Positions 15,549 through 24,691 of a stretch of 64,000 nucleotides of DNA are shown here, one piece after another. The first letter of the stretch is position 1, and every line of letters begins with the position of its first letter. A program made the position numbers and the translations under genes. Under the pieces are notes generated by a model, which saw nothing but the letters and a program-made list of their open reading frames with translations, had not been told where the DNA came from and made no database searches. The stretch is from contig JBLIOE010000017.1 in NCBI GenBank assembly GCA_047639555.1, positions 6,945-70,944 of the forward strand. The letters run 5' to 3'. This DNA comes from Candidatus Aldehydirespiratoraceae bacterium (GTDB lineage Bacteria > Actinomycetota > Acidimicrobiia > Acidimicrobiales > Aldehydirespiratoraceae).

Positions 15549-18500
15549 GTGAACGCGTCACGTTTGCCCGATCGCCTCGGGCGGTTCGAAATTCAGTCGT
15601 CGCTGGGATCAGGAGCGTTCGCGCGCGTGGTGCGCGCCTATGACCCCCAGCTCTCGTCGAGCGTCGCGATTAAAATCCTTGCGGACCAGTGGAGCGACGA
15701 CGACGACGCGCGTGCGCGATTTCTCGACGAGGCTCGCCATCTCAGGAGGGTGCGAAGTCCAGCCGTAGTCGCCGTGCACGATATCGGCGAGATGGATGAC
15801 GGGCGTCCGTACTTCGTCATGGAGCTCGCCGATCGCGGATCGCTCGAAGAACGCCTGCGGCAGCAAGTCGGCCCCTACGTCGACATGGACAACGGGGGAG
15901 GACTCGGGCGGCTGATCGAAGGCCTCGGTGTGGGCATGTCGGCCATTCACGGTGCGGGCCTTGTGCACCGCGACCTGAACCCGCGCAACTTGCTACTGCG
16001 ATCGCTCGAAGGAGAATCGACGAGGTCCGACTCTGTCATCGCGGCGGACAAAGCGACGACGATCGGCGAACCGATCGTGCGAGCTGACGAACGACTGGTG
16101 ATCGCCGATCTCGGTCTGGCCAAGGACGTCGTCGCCAGCCGGGAGGTCAGCGTCGTAGGCGGCTCGTTTGGCTATCAGTCGCCCGAACAGTTGGTGGCCG
16201 ACGGGGAACTGGGGCCATGGGCCGATGTCTACGCCTCGTCGGCCCTCCTTTGGCGGGTCCTTACGGGCGAATTGCCGCCCGGAGTCGGCGACTTCGAGGC
16301 TCGACGTCAGGAACTGCCCCCGGAGTGGCGCCCCCTTCTGCGGCGCGGACTTGAGCCTGACCACACGCGGCGACACGCGAGCATCGAAGCGTGGGCGGAC
16401 GAAGCCCTTGCAGTGATCGGCCGGGACCCGCTTTCACTCGCCACAGAGCGCAGTCGGCCGAGCAATGCGACACCGGCCGGCCACCGTGCCCGTATGGAAG
16501 AGTGCCCCTATCGGGGCTTGGCGTCGTACGAAGCGGAACACGCCGCCACGTTCTTCGGTCGCGAGGCGTTGAGTTCAGCGGCGATCGATCGATTGCGCAA
16601 CGAACGCGTCCTTGCGGTCCTCGGCGCATCGGGGAGCGGAAAGTCCTCAGTCGTTCGCGCCGGCATTATCCCCGGTTTGCAGGCTGGAGAGCTCGCGGGA
16701 AGTGAACGATGGCCCGTGGTGCTTATGACCCCCGGGGGCGATCCGGTGGCGGAGATGCGCTATCAACTGCGCCGCGCGGCCGACGCGGCGGGTGTCGACG
16801 CAGGAATTGGAAGCGACGCTCGCCAGGGCGACGACCCCAACTATGAGTGGCGCCGAATTACCGACGCGATCACCGACGTCACGACAGGGCTCGTCATTTG
16901 CATCGATCAGTTCGAGGAGATCTTCACGCACGACCCCGACGGGTCGACCGGAGAACGTTTCCTTCGAGCGTTGGCGGCGATAATCGACCCGGCCACGAGC
17001 CGCGTCCGGTTCGTCCTTGCGATGCGAGCCGACTTCTACGGTGAGGCAGCCCGCCATGCGTGGTTGGCGAAGGTCCTTGGTGAGAACCAGATTCTGGTTG
17101 GACCGATGGAGTCTGCCCAGTTGCGGCGGGCGATCACCGGTCCCGCCGAGCGGGCCGGCCTCGAGATTGAAGACGGTCTCGTAGACGTCATCGTTGCGGA
17201 GATGGGTCGCGACGCCGGATCTCTGCCGCTGCTCGGCCACGCGCTGGTCGAGACCTGGCAGCGGCGACGAGGAAAACAACTCACGATCGCCGGGTTTCGA
17301 GACGCGGGCGGAGTTGCCGGAGCGATCGCCCAGACCGCGGAAACAGTGTTCACCGAATCTCTCAGCGCCGATGAACGCCCGGTGGCACGAGACCTGATGT
17401 TGCGAATGGTGTCGGCCCGTCACGGTGCGGCGCATACGCGGCGCAAAATTTCTCTCGCCGAAGTAGCCGATGAGAACGATCACGTGGCGACGTCTGTGGT
17501 CGATCAACTCATCGATGCTCGACTCCTCACCGCGGACGAGACCACTCTGCAGATCGCGCACGAGGCACTCATCGTCGAATGGCCGAGGTTGCGGCAGTGG
17601 ATCGACGAGAGCATCGATGATCTCCGGTTGCGTAGTCACCTTTCGCGCTCGGCCGCAGAATGGGGCGACCTCGGCGAAGATCCGGCTTTGCTGTATCGAG
17701 GCACGCCGCTCTCTGGAGCGGAGGAGTGGGCGGCGCGCTCACCGGGCCATCTTGGGCCGACGGAACGGGCGTTCCTCGCGGCATCGACCGCTGCCGCGGT
17801 CACGGAGAACGAGCGGCTGGAGCGTGACGCTCGACGACATCGCCGGGCTCGGGCGCTCGCGATCGCAGCCGTTGTCGGGGTTTTCGTTGTCGGCATCATC
17901 GCGTGGGCTGGCATTCAGCGGACCCGGTCGATCGAACGGAGCAACGCAGCTGACGCCCGGGTGTTGGAGAACCTTGGATTGGTCGCCCGACTCACCGCCG
18001 AGACTGACCCCCTGGTGGGTTTGGCCCTCGGAATCGAAGCACGAACACTCACGGGTGCCAGCAACCCTGATGCTTGGCTTGCCGTCGTTCGAGCGCGGCA
18101 GGCGCTGGCCAACAGCGGTCTCGTGGAGACGGGTTCGGTGGAGGTAGGGGACGGGCTCTCTGTTGCCCTCTCGCCCGACGGCACGCGGGCTGCGGTGGGC
18201 AGCCGGTCCGGCGACCTGGCCCTCGTTGAGCTCAACGAGCGTGCTGTCATCTCGATGACCGACGCCCACGATGTCGGTATTCCTTCAGTCGATTTCCGTC
18301 CGGATGGAGCGGCCCTGGCGACCGCGGGCTTCGATCGTGTCGTCCGGATATGGGCGGTAAGTGATGAAGGTTTGTCAGAAACGCCATCGCAGGAGATCGT
18401 TCTCGACTCGATCGTGTGGGATGTCGCATGGTCGCCGGATGGGCGGCAGTTGGCGACCGCGAGCGAGGATGGTCTCGTTCGGCTTTGGGATCCGGTGACC

Positions 18501-20006
18501 GGCGCCCCAATCGGCGATCCGCTGGTGGACTCAATCGACATGCTCACGGTCGAGTTCGACCCATCCGGAACGCTTCTGGTTGCGTCGAACGGTGAGGGGT
18601 TCGTGTGGGGATTCTCGCTGCCCAGCGGCGTCGAGGCATTCGCGCCGATTCGAGCTCACCAAAGCGACGTTTGGGAGCTGGTGTTCTCGCCTGATGGCGC
18701 GGAGTTCGCGACGAGCAGTAGCGATGGAACGGTGCGGCTCTTCCGTTCAGCCGATGGGACCGAGCTGTCGCAGCCGTTCATCGATGAGAGCGGGGCGCCA
18801 GTCGCGCCTCTCCTCCAAGGTGTGCAGTTCGCTCCTGACGGCCGAAACCTCATCGCCGGTTCGGCGCACGGCGAGGTGTTGTGGTGGGGCCGCGACGCGG
18901 AGTCGATCATTGCGAGCGACGGACCCCCCGGCGGTCTCGAGATTCTCGGTTCCGGAATCGCCGGCGATCTGCTTGTGACGCTCGGCGTCGATCAGGCCGT
19001 GCGTGAATGGCGGGTCGGGGCGGCGATCGGCCTTGGGTTGGTGCTGGCGGACGATATGAGCGCGTTCTCGGTAGCGATCGCGCCGGATCGCTCGTTTGTG
19101 GCGACGACAGACGGTGTCGGCAACCTTCGATTACACGACCCCATGTCTGGTGAGGAGCGTTCATCGGTGTCGGTGAGCGATCTTGCTGCTGCCGCCGTCG
19201 TTGTTTCTCCAGATTCGTCAACAATTGCGGTCGGAACCAATGACGGCGAGGTGGTATTCGTCGATGCTCAAGTCTCGTCAGTGGAGTCGATTTCCGCTCA
19301 CACCGGTCGGGTCCGGGCATTGGCTTTTCATCCCACAGACTCGGTGCTCGCGACCGGTGGTAGCGATGGTGTCGTGCGCATCTGGGATCTCGACCGGGGG
19401 GTCGTCACGGCCGAGTTCGGGTCGTATGGCTTTGACGGCGTTGAGGATCTCAATTGGGACAGCGACGGTCAACGGCTGGCGGTCGCCGGCTTCAATCAGG
19501 TCGACGTATGGGGCGCCGACGGTTCGCACATCGCCGGGCCCGCCGTCTCGGGTGATGCCGTTTATGCCGTGGCCTTCTCCGCCGACGGCGAGCGGATCGC
19601 GATCGGTGGCGCCGAGCAAGCGGTGCGGGTGTTGTCGGCTGACCTGAACGACGTCGTTGCTGGACCTTTCGCGACGCCACCGGGAGGTACCCAGGGTGTT
19701 GCGTTCCTCGATGTTGACACCGTGTTGCTTGTCATCGCCTCTAACGGCACCGTTCGCCTGTGGGACCTGGGTTCGGGAACCTCGATCGGTCCGCCGCTTC
19801 CCGGGCCGTGGTCCGGGGTCCGCGATGTGTCCGTGCTGGCGGACGGTCCGCTCTTCGCGACAACAAGCGAGGAAGGCAACGCCTGGCTCTGGCACATGCT
19901 CGATCGGGAGCGGGCCTGCGACATCGTGCGCGGTGTGGTGGTGTCGGCGCAACCGATCTATTTGGGCGAGAATGGAACGCTGACGGCATGCGAGGATAGC
20001 GAGTGA
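15549..20006 (+). CDS. Ser/Thr protein kinase fused to a STAND P-loop NTPase, a TM helix and a 14-blade WD40 region (PkwA-like)
   Basis: Single 1485-aa ORF.
- Kinase: LGSGAFARV, VAIKIL, HRDLNPRNLLL, IADLGLAKD, GYQSPE.
- NTPase: CPYRGLASYEAEHAATFFGRE, Walker A GASGSGKSS, Walker B LVICIDQFEE.
- Hydrophobic helix ALAIAAVVGVFVVGIIAWAGI (about nt 17851-17913), flanked by RRHRRAR on the N side.
- Fourteen repeats of the type xSPDGxxLATxxxDGxVR[IL]WD. Confidence 0.85.
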   Translation: MNASRLPDRLGRFEIQSSLGSGAFARVVRAYDPQLSSSVAIKILADQWSDDDDARARFLDEARHLRRVRSPAVVAVHDIGEMDDGRPYFVMELADRGSLEERLRQQVGPYVDMDNGGGLGRLIEGLGVGMSAIHGAGLVHRDLNPRNLLLRSLEGESTRSDSVIAADKATTIGEPIVRADERLVIADLGLAKDVVASREVSVVGGSFGYQSPEQLVADGELGPWADVYASSALLWRVLTGELPPGVGDFEARRQELPPEWRPLLRRGLEPDHTRRHASIEAWADEALAVIGRDPLSLATERSRPSNATPAGHRARMEECPYRGLASYEAEHAATFFGREALSSAAIDRLRNERVLAVLGASGSGKSSVVRAGIIPGLQAGELAGSERWPVVLMTPGGDPVAEMRYQLRRAADAAGVDAGIGSDARQGDDPNYEWRRITDAITDVTTGLVICIDQFEEIFTHDPDGSTGERFLRALAAIIDPATSRVRFVLAMRADFYGEAARHAWLAKVLGENQILVGPMESAQLRRAITGPAERAGLEIEDGLVDVIVAEMGRDAGSLPLLGHALVETWQRRRGKQLTIAGFRDAGGVAGAIAQTAETVFTESLSADERPVARDLMLRMVSARHGAAHTRRKISLAEVADENDHVATSVVDQLIDARLLTADETTLQIAHEALIVEWPRLRQWIDESIDDLRLRSHLSRSAAEWGDLGEDPALLYRGTPLSGAEEWAARSPGHLGPTERAFLAASTAAAVTENERLERDARRHRRARALAIAAVVGVFVVGIIAWAGIQRTRSIERSNAADARVLENLGLVARLTAETDPLVGLALGIEARTLTGASNPDAWLAVVRARQALANSGLVETGSVEVGDGLSVALSPDGTRAAVGSRSGDLALVELNERAVISMTDAHDVGIPSVDFRPDGAALATAGFDRVVRIWAVSDEGLSETPSQEIVLDSIVWDVAWSPDGRQLATASEDGLVRLWDPVTGAPIGDPLVDSIDMLTVEFDPSGTLLVASNGEGFVWGFSLPSGVEAFAPIRAHQSDVWELVFSPDGAEFATSSSDGTVRLFRSADGTELSQPFIDESGAPVAPLLQGVQFAPDGRNLIAGSAHGEVLWWGRDAESIIASDGPPGGLEILGSGIAGDLLVTLGVDQAVREWRVGAAIGLGLVLADDMSAFSVAIAPDRSFVATTDGVGNLRLHDPMSGEERSSVSVSDLAAAAVVVSPDSSTIAVGTNDGEVVFVDAQVSSVESISAHTGRVRALAFHPTDSVLATGGSDGVVRIWDLDRGVVTAEFGSYGFDGVEDLNWDSDGQRLAVAGFNQVDVWGADGSHIAGPAVSGDAVYAVAFSADGERIAIGGAEQAVRVLSADLNDVVAGPFATPPGGTQGVAFLDVDTVLLVIASNGTVRLWDLGSGTSIGPPLPGPWSGVRDVSVLADGPLFATTSEEGNAWLWHMLDRERACDIVRGVVVSAQPIYLGENGTLTACEDSE

Positions 20007-20968
20007 CTGAGCAGACCCCCTTGTGGGCGACTGACACGCCGCTGATCGTGATCGACGGTCCTGGGCGGACGACGATCCGGCTTCTTCTCACTGATGCTCT
20101 CGAATTCGGCCGGTCCGGTCCGGGAATACTCTTCGACGATCCTGCGGTTTCGCGCCGCCATCTCGAACTCCGACCGAGTGGTTCCGCCGTGCTTGCCCGA
20201 GACCTTGGCAGCGCAAACGGCACGACGATCGATGGGGTGTCCCTGGAGGAGACGCAGGAGCTACTTCCGGGCCAGGTGCTCCGTTTGGGCGACATCACGA
20301 TTCGACTCGATGGGTCTCGGATGTTCTCACGTGAAGGGGCAAAGGAGCTGTCGGGGACTTCAGCGACGCCGATGACCGCGATCGAGCGGGTCGCTGATTT
20401 GGTTGTGAACCGTGGCACCGCCGCGAATGGGGTTCCGCTGGGCGGTCATACCCGCACAATTGTCTTCAGCGATATCGAGGGTTCGACCGATCTCGCCGTG
20501 GCTCTCGGCGATATTGCATGGTTCGATCTCCTCTCGGTGCACAACGAGATCCTCCGGTCGTGCCTTCCCGCGCACGATGGCACTGAGGTGAAGTCGCAAG
20601 GAGATGGCTTCATGCTCACATTCCCGAGTGCACGTCGAGCGGTGGCCTACATGGTGGAGATGCAACGGCGCCTCCACGACGACGAACGGATGCAGTCAAA
20701 CGGGCTAAGTGTCCGAATCGGTGCCCACACTGGCGAGTCGGTCGAAGACAACGATGGTGACCTCTTTGGCCAGGCGGTCATCGCTGCCGCTCGCGTCGGC
20801 GCAGCCGCGAACGGCGGCGAGATTCTCGTCTCGTCGCTGGTTCGTGAGATCGTCAAGTCGTGGGATGAAGTTGTGTTCGGCGAATCGCGTAGCGAGGTTC
20901 TCAAGGGTCTTGGTGGAGAGTGGACGTTGCACCCCGTCCTTTGGAGAGATCAGGAGCCTGCCCAATGA
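20003..20968 (+). CDS. FHA domain-containing class III adenylate/guanylate cyclase
   Basis: Its GTG overlaps the kinase stop (GTGA). FHA motifs are FGRSGPGILFDDPAVSRRHLEL...DLGSANGTTIDG. Cyclase motifs are TIVFSDIEGST, EVKSQGDGFMLTF and RIGAHTGE. The usual VNxAAR motif reads AVIAAARV here. Confidence 0.85.
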   Translation: MTEQTPLWATDTPLIVIDGPGRTTIRLLLTDALEFGRSGPGILFDDPAVSRRHLELRPSGSAVLARDLGSANGTTIDGVSLEETQELLPGQVLRLGDITIRLDGSRMFSREGAKELSGTSATPMTAIERVADLVVNRGTAANGVPLGGHTRTIVFSDIEGSTDLAVALGDIAWFDLLSVHNEILRSCLPAHDGTEVKSQGDGFMLTFPSARRAVAYMVEMQRRLHDDERMQSNGLSVRIGAHTGESVEDNDGDLFGQAVIAAARVGAAANGGEILVSSLVREIVKSWDEVVFGESRSEVLKGLGGEWTLHPVLWRDQEPAQ

Positions 20969-21771
20969 CGTACGTCGAGATCGATCGCACCAACCCGGCG
21001 ATCCCCATCGTGACCTTGAACCGACCCGACCGCCGAAACGCGCTCTCGCCCGACCTGGTGACCAATGGAATTGCCGCGTTTCGAGAGCTACATCGCGACC
21101 GAGAGGCGCGGGCGATCGTCCTGACGGGGGCGGGCAAGAGCTTCTGCGCGGGTGCCGACCTGAAGGGTGACAGCGGGCGACCGCCTGACTCTGAGGGGCG
21201 AGGCCCGGTCGGCACGGTGTATCGAGGCCAGGAACATATCGTCGACTTCATGATGGCCGTCCACGAGTGCGACAAACCCGTGATCGCTGCAATCCACGGC
21301 GCAGCGGTCGGCGGGGGACTGGCGCTCTCGCTCGCGAGCGACCTGCGGGTGGCCGATACAACGGCCTACTTCGGTTCGGTCTTCATCAACGTCGGTCTGA
21401 CGTCGTGCGACATCGGCACGAGCTACTTCCTTCCACGACTCGTGGGCAGCGGTCATGCGATGGACATGATGATCACTGGTCGGCACGTGGCGGCCGAAGA
21501 GGCGGATCGTATGGGTCTGCTGAACCGGTTGGTGCCGGAGGGGACACATCTTGAGGTGGCAAAGGAGTTCGCCGCTCAAATCGCGAAGAACAACGAGTAC
21601 GGGGTCTGGCTGACGAAGCGCGGACTGTGGTCCAACATCGACGCCCCGTCGATCCGTCATGCGGTGGAGCTTGAGAACCGGCAGCAGGTACTCGGGACGT
21701 TTACCGGCAATATGAAAGAAGCGATGCAGGCCTTCGGCGAGCGTCGAGAGCCCGACTGGGGTCCGATGTGA
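20965..21771 (+). CDS. enoyl-CoA hydratase/isomerase (crotonase) family protein
   Basis: Its ATG overlaps the cyclase stop (ATGA). Motifs are IVTLNRPDRRNAL, GAGKSFCAGADL and AAIHGAAVGGG. Confidence 0.85.
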   Translation: MTYVEIDRTNPAIPIVTLNRPDRRNALSPDLVTNGIAAFRELHRDREARAIVLTGAGKSFCAGADLKGDSGRPPDSEGRGPVGTVYRGQEHIVDFMMAVHECDKPVIAAIHGAAVGGGLALSLASDLRVADTTAYFGSVFINVGLTSCDIGTSYFLPRLVGSGHAMDMMITGRHVAAEEADRMGLLNRLVPEGTHLEVAKEFAAQIAKNNEYGVWLTKRGLWSNIDAPSIRHAVELENRQQVLGTFTGNMKEAMQAFGERREPDWGPM

Positions 21772-21832
21772 GGTCGCGGTAGCATCTTCCTAGGAAGACA
21801 CTCGCCCCGGAGCAAGGGTCAAGGAGTATGCG

Positions 21833-23029
21833 ATGACACCTGAAGATCTCGACTACAAGCCGTTCGACGCCGACAACCACTACTACGAGGCGCTCGACGC
21901 ATTCACCCGCCACGTGCCTGCCGAGATGCAGCGCCGCGTCGTGCAGTGGGTGGAGCAGGGCGGCCGGAAGTACCATCTGGTCGGCGGACAGATCAGCAAC
22001 GCGGTGGTGAACCCCACGTGGGATCCCGTCGCAATGCCGGGAGCGCTGCACGAGTACTTCAAGGGCAACCCCGACGGTCGCAGTCCGCTCGAGATGCTCA
22101 AGGACCGCGAGCCGCTGCCCGCCTACTACATGAATAACGACGCTCGGGTGGAGCGCATTGGTGAGCAGGGTCTGCAGAAGGTGTGGCTCTTCCCGACACT
22201 CGGTGTGCTCTACGAGGAGCTCATCAAGGACGACGTCGAGGCGTGCGCCACGATGATGTCGGCGTTTAACCAGTGGCTTCTCGAAGACTGGGGATACGCC
22301 TACCGAGACACGATTTTCGGTGCGCCCTACATCTGCCTCGGCGATGTTGATGCGGCGGCCGCGGAAATCGACAAGGTTGTTGCCGCCGACGCTCGCGTGG
22401 TCGTGATGCGGCCAGCCGCCGTGGTCACCCCCACCGGCATCAAGTCGCCGTTCGATCCGCACTTCGACCCGTTCTGGGCCCGCGTCAACGAGGCGGGAAT
22501 CACCGTGGTCGTCCATGCGGGCGACTCCGGATACTCAACGCAGGGATACGCCGACAACAAGTTCTCTGCCGCGGGCATCAGTAAGGGCAGCTATGGCGGC
22601 CCGAGCGTTGGCAGTTTCTCGATCGAACGAGCCGCTCAGGACTGGCTCATCCAGGCGATCTTCCAGAAGATCTTCGACCGGTTCCCGAACCTGCGTTTCG
22701 CTTCCGTGGAGAACGGTTCCGACTTCCTCGGCCCAATGTTTCGCAAGTTCGACCAGACCGCCAAGAAGAGCTTCGGCTGGTTCACGGATCACCCCATCGA
22801 GACATTCAAGGCCAACGTCTGGATGAACCCGTTCTGGGAAGACGACGTCAACGAGATCGCCGAACTCATGGGCCCCGACCATGTGATCTTCGGCTCCGAC
22901 TGGCCCCACATCGAAGGCCTGCCGAAGCCACTCGACTACCTCGTTGAACTCAAGGAGTTCGACGCAGCGGATCAGAAGAAGATCCTCCTCGACAACGCCA
23001 CCTTCTTAAACACGCCGCAGCCGATCTAG
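21833..23029 (+). CDS. amidohydrolase family protein (amidohydrolase-2 / ACMSD-like)
   Basis: 398 aa. Motifs are FDADNHYYE near the N-terminus and IFGSDWPHIEG near the C-terminus. Confidence 0.75.
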   Translation: MTPEDLDYKPFDADNHYYEALDAFTRHVPAEMQRRVVQWVEQGGRKYHLVGGQISNAVVNPTWDPVAMPGALHEYFKGNPDGRSPLEMLKDREPLPAYYMNNDARVERIGEQGLQKVWLFPTLGVLYEELIKDDVEACATMMSAFNQWLLEDWGYAYRDTIFGAPYICLGDVDAAAAEIDKVVAADARVVVMRPAAVVTPTGIKSPFDPHFDPFWARVNEAGITVVVHAGDSGYSTQGYADNKFSAAGISKGSYGGPSVGSFSIERAAQDWLIQAIFQKIFDRFPNLRFASVENGSDFLGPMFRKFDQTAKKSFGWFTDHPIETFKANVWMNPFWEDDVNEIAELMGPDHVIFGSDWPHIEGLPKPLDYLVELKEFDAADQKKILLDNATFLNTPQPI

Positions 23030-23044
23030 CGCGTCTGCTTCACT

Positions 23045-23941
23045 GTGGTTGTGCCCCGCAACCACGACCACGATCCTGACAATGGGTCGACGTCTCGCGA
23101 CCTAGCGGTAGCCGCTGGCGCGAACTCGGTGCTGCTGGTGGTGCAGGTCATCGGAGCCTTCGCCTTCGGCTCACTCGCACTGCTGGCTGACTCGGTCCAT
23201 CAGGCCTCCGATGTTGTCTCGCTGCTCTTGGCGGTCGGTATTGCGGTGCTGATCGCTCGGCCGTCGTCGAGCCGTTACACGTTCGGTTTCCGGCGGGCCG
23301 ACGCGCTCGGTGGCCTGGCCCACGCGGTGCTCCTCGGGGCTGGCGCTGTCTTTGTCATCTTCGAGGCGTATCGACGATTCGATGGTGATCATCATGTCGA
23401 CGGTATGGGGGTCGCCATTCTGGCCGCCGTTGGCCTCCTCATCAACGGGCTGAGCGCCCGCTGGCTTCATGCCGGGCATGGCCACTCGCTCAACGTCGAG
23501 GGTGCCGTGTTGCACCTGGTCGCCGATGCGCTTGGGTCACTCGTGGTGCTCCTCGGCGGTCTGATCATCGTCTTCACCGATGCCGGCTGGGTCGACCCCG
23601 CGGCTTCGCTCGTTGTGACGGCGCTGATCATTTGGTCGGCCTGGAGATTGGCTCGGGTCTCCCTGCAAGTCTTGCTCGATGGGGTCCCTCCGGGAGTAGA
23701 CCTCGAGGCGCTGCGGGCGCTGATGGTCGCCGACCCGATGGTCACCGATGCTCATCATCTGCATGTGCGAACCCTGGATGGGGCGACGCTGAGCCTTACC
23801 GGTCACGTGCAGATAGAGACCGACCAGCTCCACGATGCGCAGCAGGTCACGCACCGTCTCACCGAAGTGCTGGCGGGGGAGGGCATTGCCCATGTCACCC
23901 TGCAAGCCGAGTGTCACCCGTGCAACGAGCCGGATTGTTGA
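23045..23941 (+). CDS. cation diffusion facilitator (CDF) family metal efflux transporter
   Basis: 298 aa. Motifs are SLALLADSVHQASDV and HLVADALGS, with six hydrophobic segments and a C-terminal cytoplasmic domain. Confidence 0.85.
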   Translation: MVVPRNHDHDPDNGSTSRDLAVAAGANSVLLVVQVIGAFAFGSLALLADSVHQASDVVSLLLAVGIAVLIARPSSSRYTFGFRRADALGGLAHAVLLGAGAVFVIFEAYRRFDGDHHVDGMGVAILAAVGLLINGLSARWLHAGHGHSLNVEGAVLHLVADALGSLVVLLGGLIIVFTDAGWVDPAASLVVTALIIWSAWRLARVSLQVLLDGVPPGVDLEALRALMVADPMVTDAHHLHVRTLDGATLSLTGHVQIETDQLHDAQQVTHRLTEVLAGEGIAHVTLQAECHPCNEPDC

Positions 23942-24639
23942 TGACAATCGGAGTCCGAACTGGTACACCAGTGTCCGTGAGGCACAACAAACAATGCGTT
24001 CTCGTTGCCCTCAGCCTCGCTTTGCTGCTGTCGTCCTGCAAGGAAGGCGTATGGACCGGGGATCAACAGGACACTTCGGTCGCGGTCTTTGGCGATTCGT
24101 TGGTCTACTCCAGCGAGGCCGACGACTTCAACGCCCCGAACACGTATGTCACAGACGATCTCGTTGCGCTTGGCAGCTACGCGTACGTCACCGCGTGGAT
24201 TGGTGCATCGGTCGCGTATTCCTACGCCAATCTATGGAATCTACCGAGCCGAAATGGCGTTGTTCCGGACGTGCTTGTCCTCGCCTTGGGCACGAATGAC
24301 ATGCGTGTGAATCCCGTCACCGGCCTCCCGTACGCGACTGTCGAAGACGCACGTCTGGTGCTGCAGGCTTGGCTGGCCGAGGTGCCGGACGCGTGTGTCC
24401 GTCTCGTTGGTGTGGCGGAGTCAATCACGACCTGGGGTCTCGATGTCACCGGGCCTGGCTGGAACGCCATGTTGTCCGAGGAGGCTGCGCTATTTGGAAA
24501 CGCCGCCTACGTGCCATGGGAGCCGCTCGCGGCTTGGACGGCGAACGGCACCAGCCCGCACCTCGCGGAGGACGGCGAAGATGCGTATCGGGCGCTCATT
24601 GTGTCGGCCGCGGCTGGCTGTCTGAGCTCGGCGTCTTGA
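23941..24639 (+). CDS. SGNH/GDSL hydrolase family lipoprotein
   Basis: Its ATG shares 1 nt with the CDF stop (TGATG). It has lipobox LALLLSSC, block I VAVFGDSLV and block III LALGTNDM. Confidence 0.7.
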   Translation: MTIGVRTGTPVSVRHNKQCVLVALSLALLLSSCKEGVWTGDQQDTSVAVFGDSLVYSSEADDFNAPNTYVTDDLVALGSYAYVTAWIGASVAYSYANLWNLPSRNGVVPDVLVLALGTNDMRVNPVTGLPYATVEDARLVLQAWLAEVPDACVRLVGVAESITTWGLDVTGPGWNAMLSEEAALFGNAAYVPWEPLAAWTANGTSPHLAEDGEDAYRALIVSAAAGCLSSAS

Positions 24640-24691
24640 TCGAATTGGCCGAGAAGTGAACGACCGCTAACTTCTTGGTAGTGTTTGCTCT

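Noticed and set aside
15549-20968. Reading the kinase-STAND-WD40 plus cyclase pair as an anti-phage system (Avs-like STAND sensor, or Pycsar/CBASS-like cyclase signalling).
   Set aside because: There is no effector gene (TIR, nuclease, TM pore or cNMP-binding effector) adjacent. The next genes are crotonase and amidohydrolase metabolism genes. The FHA-kinase logic fits ordinary signal transduction better.
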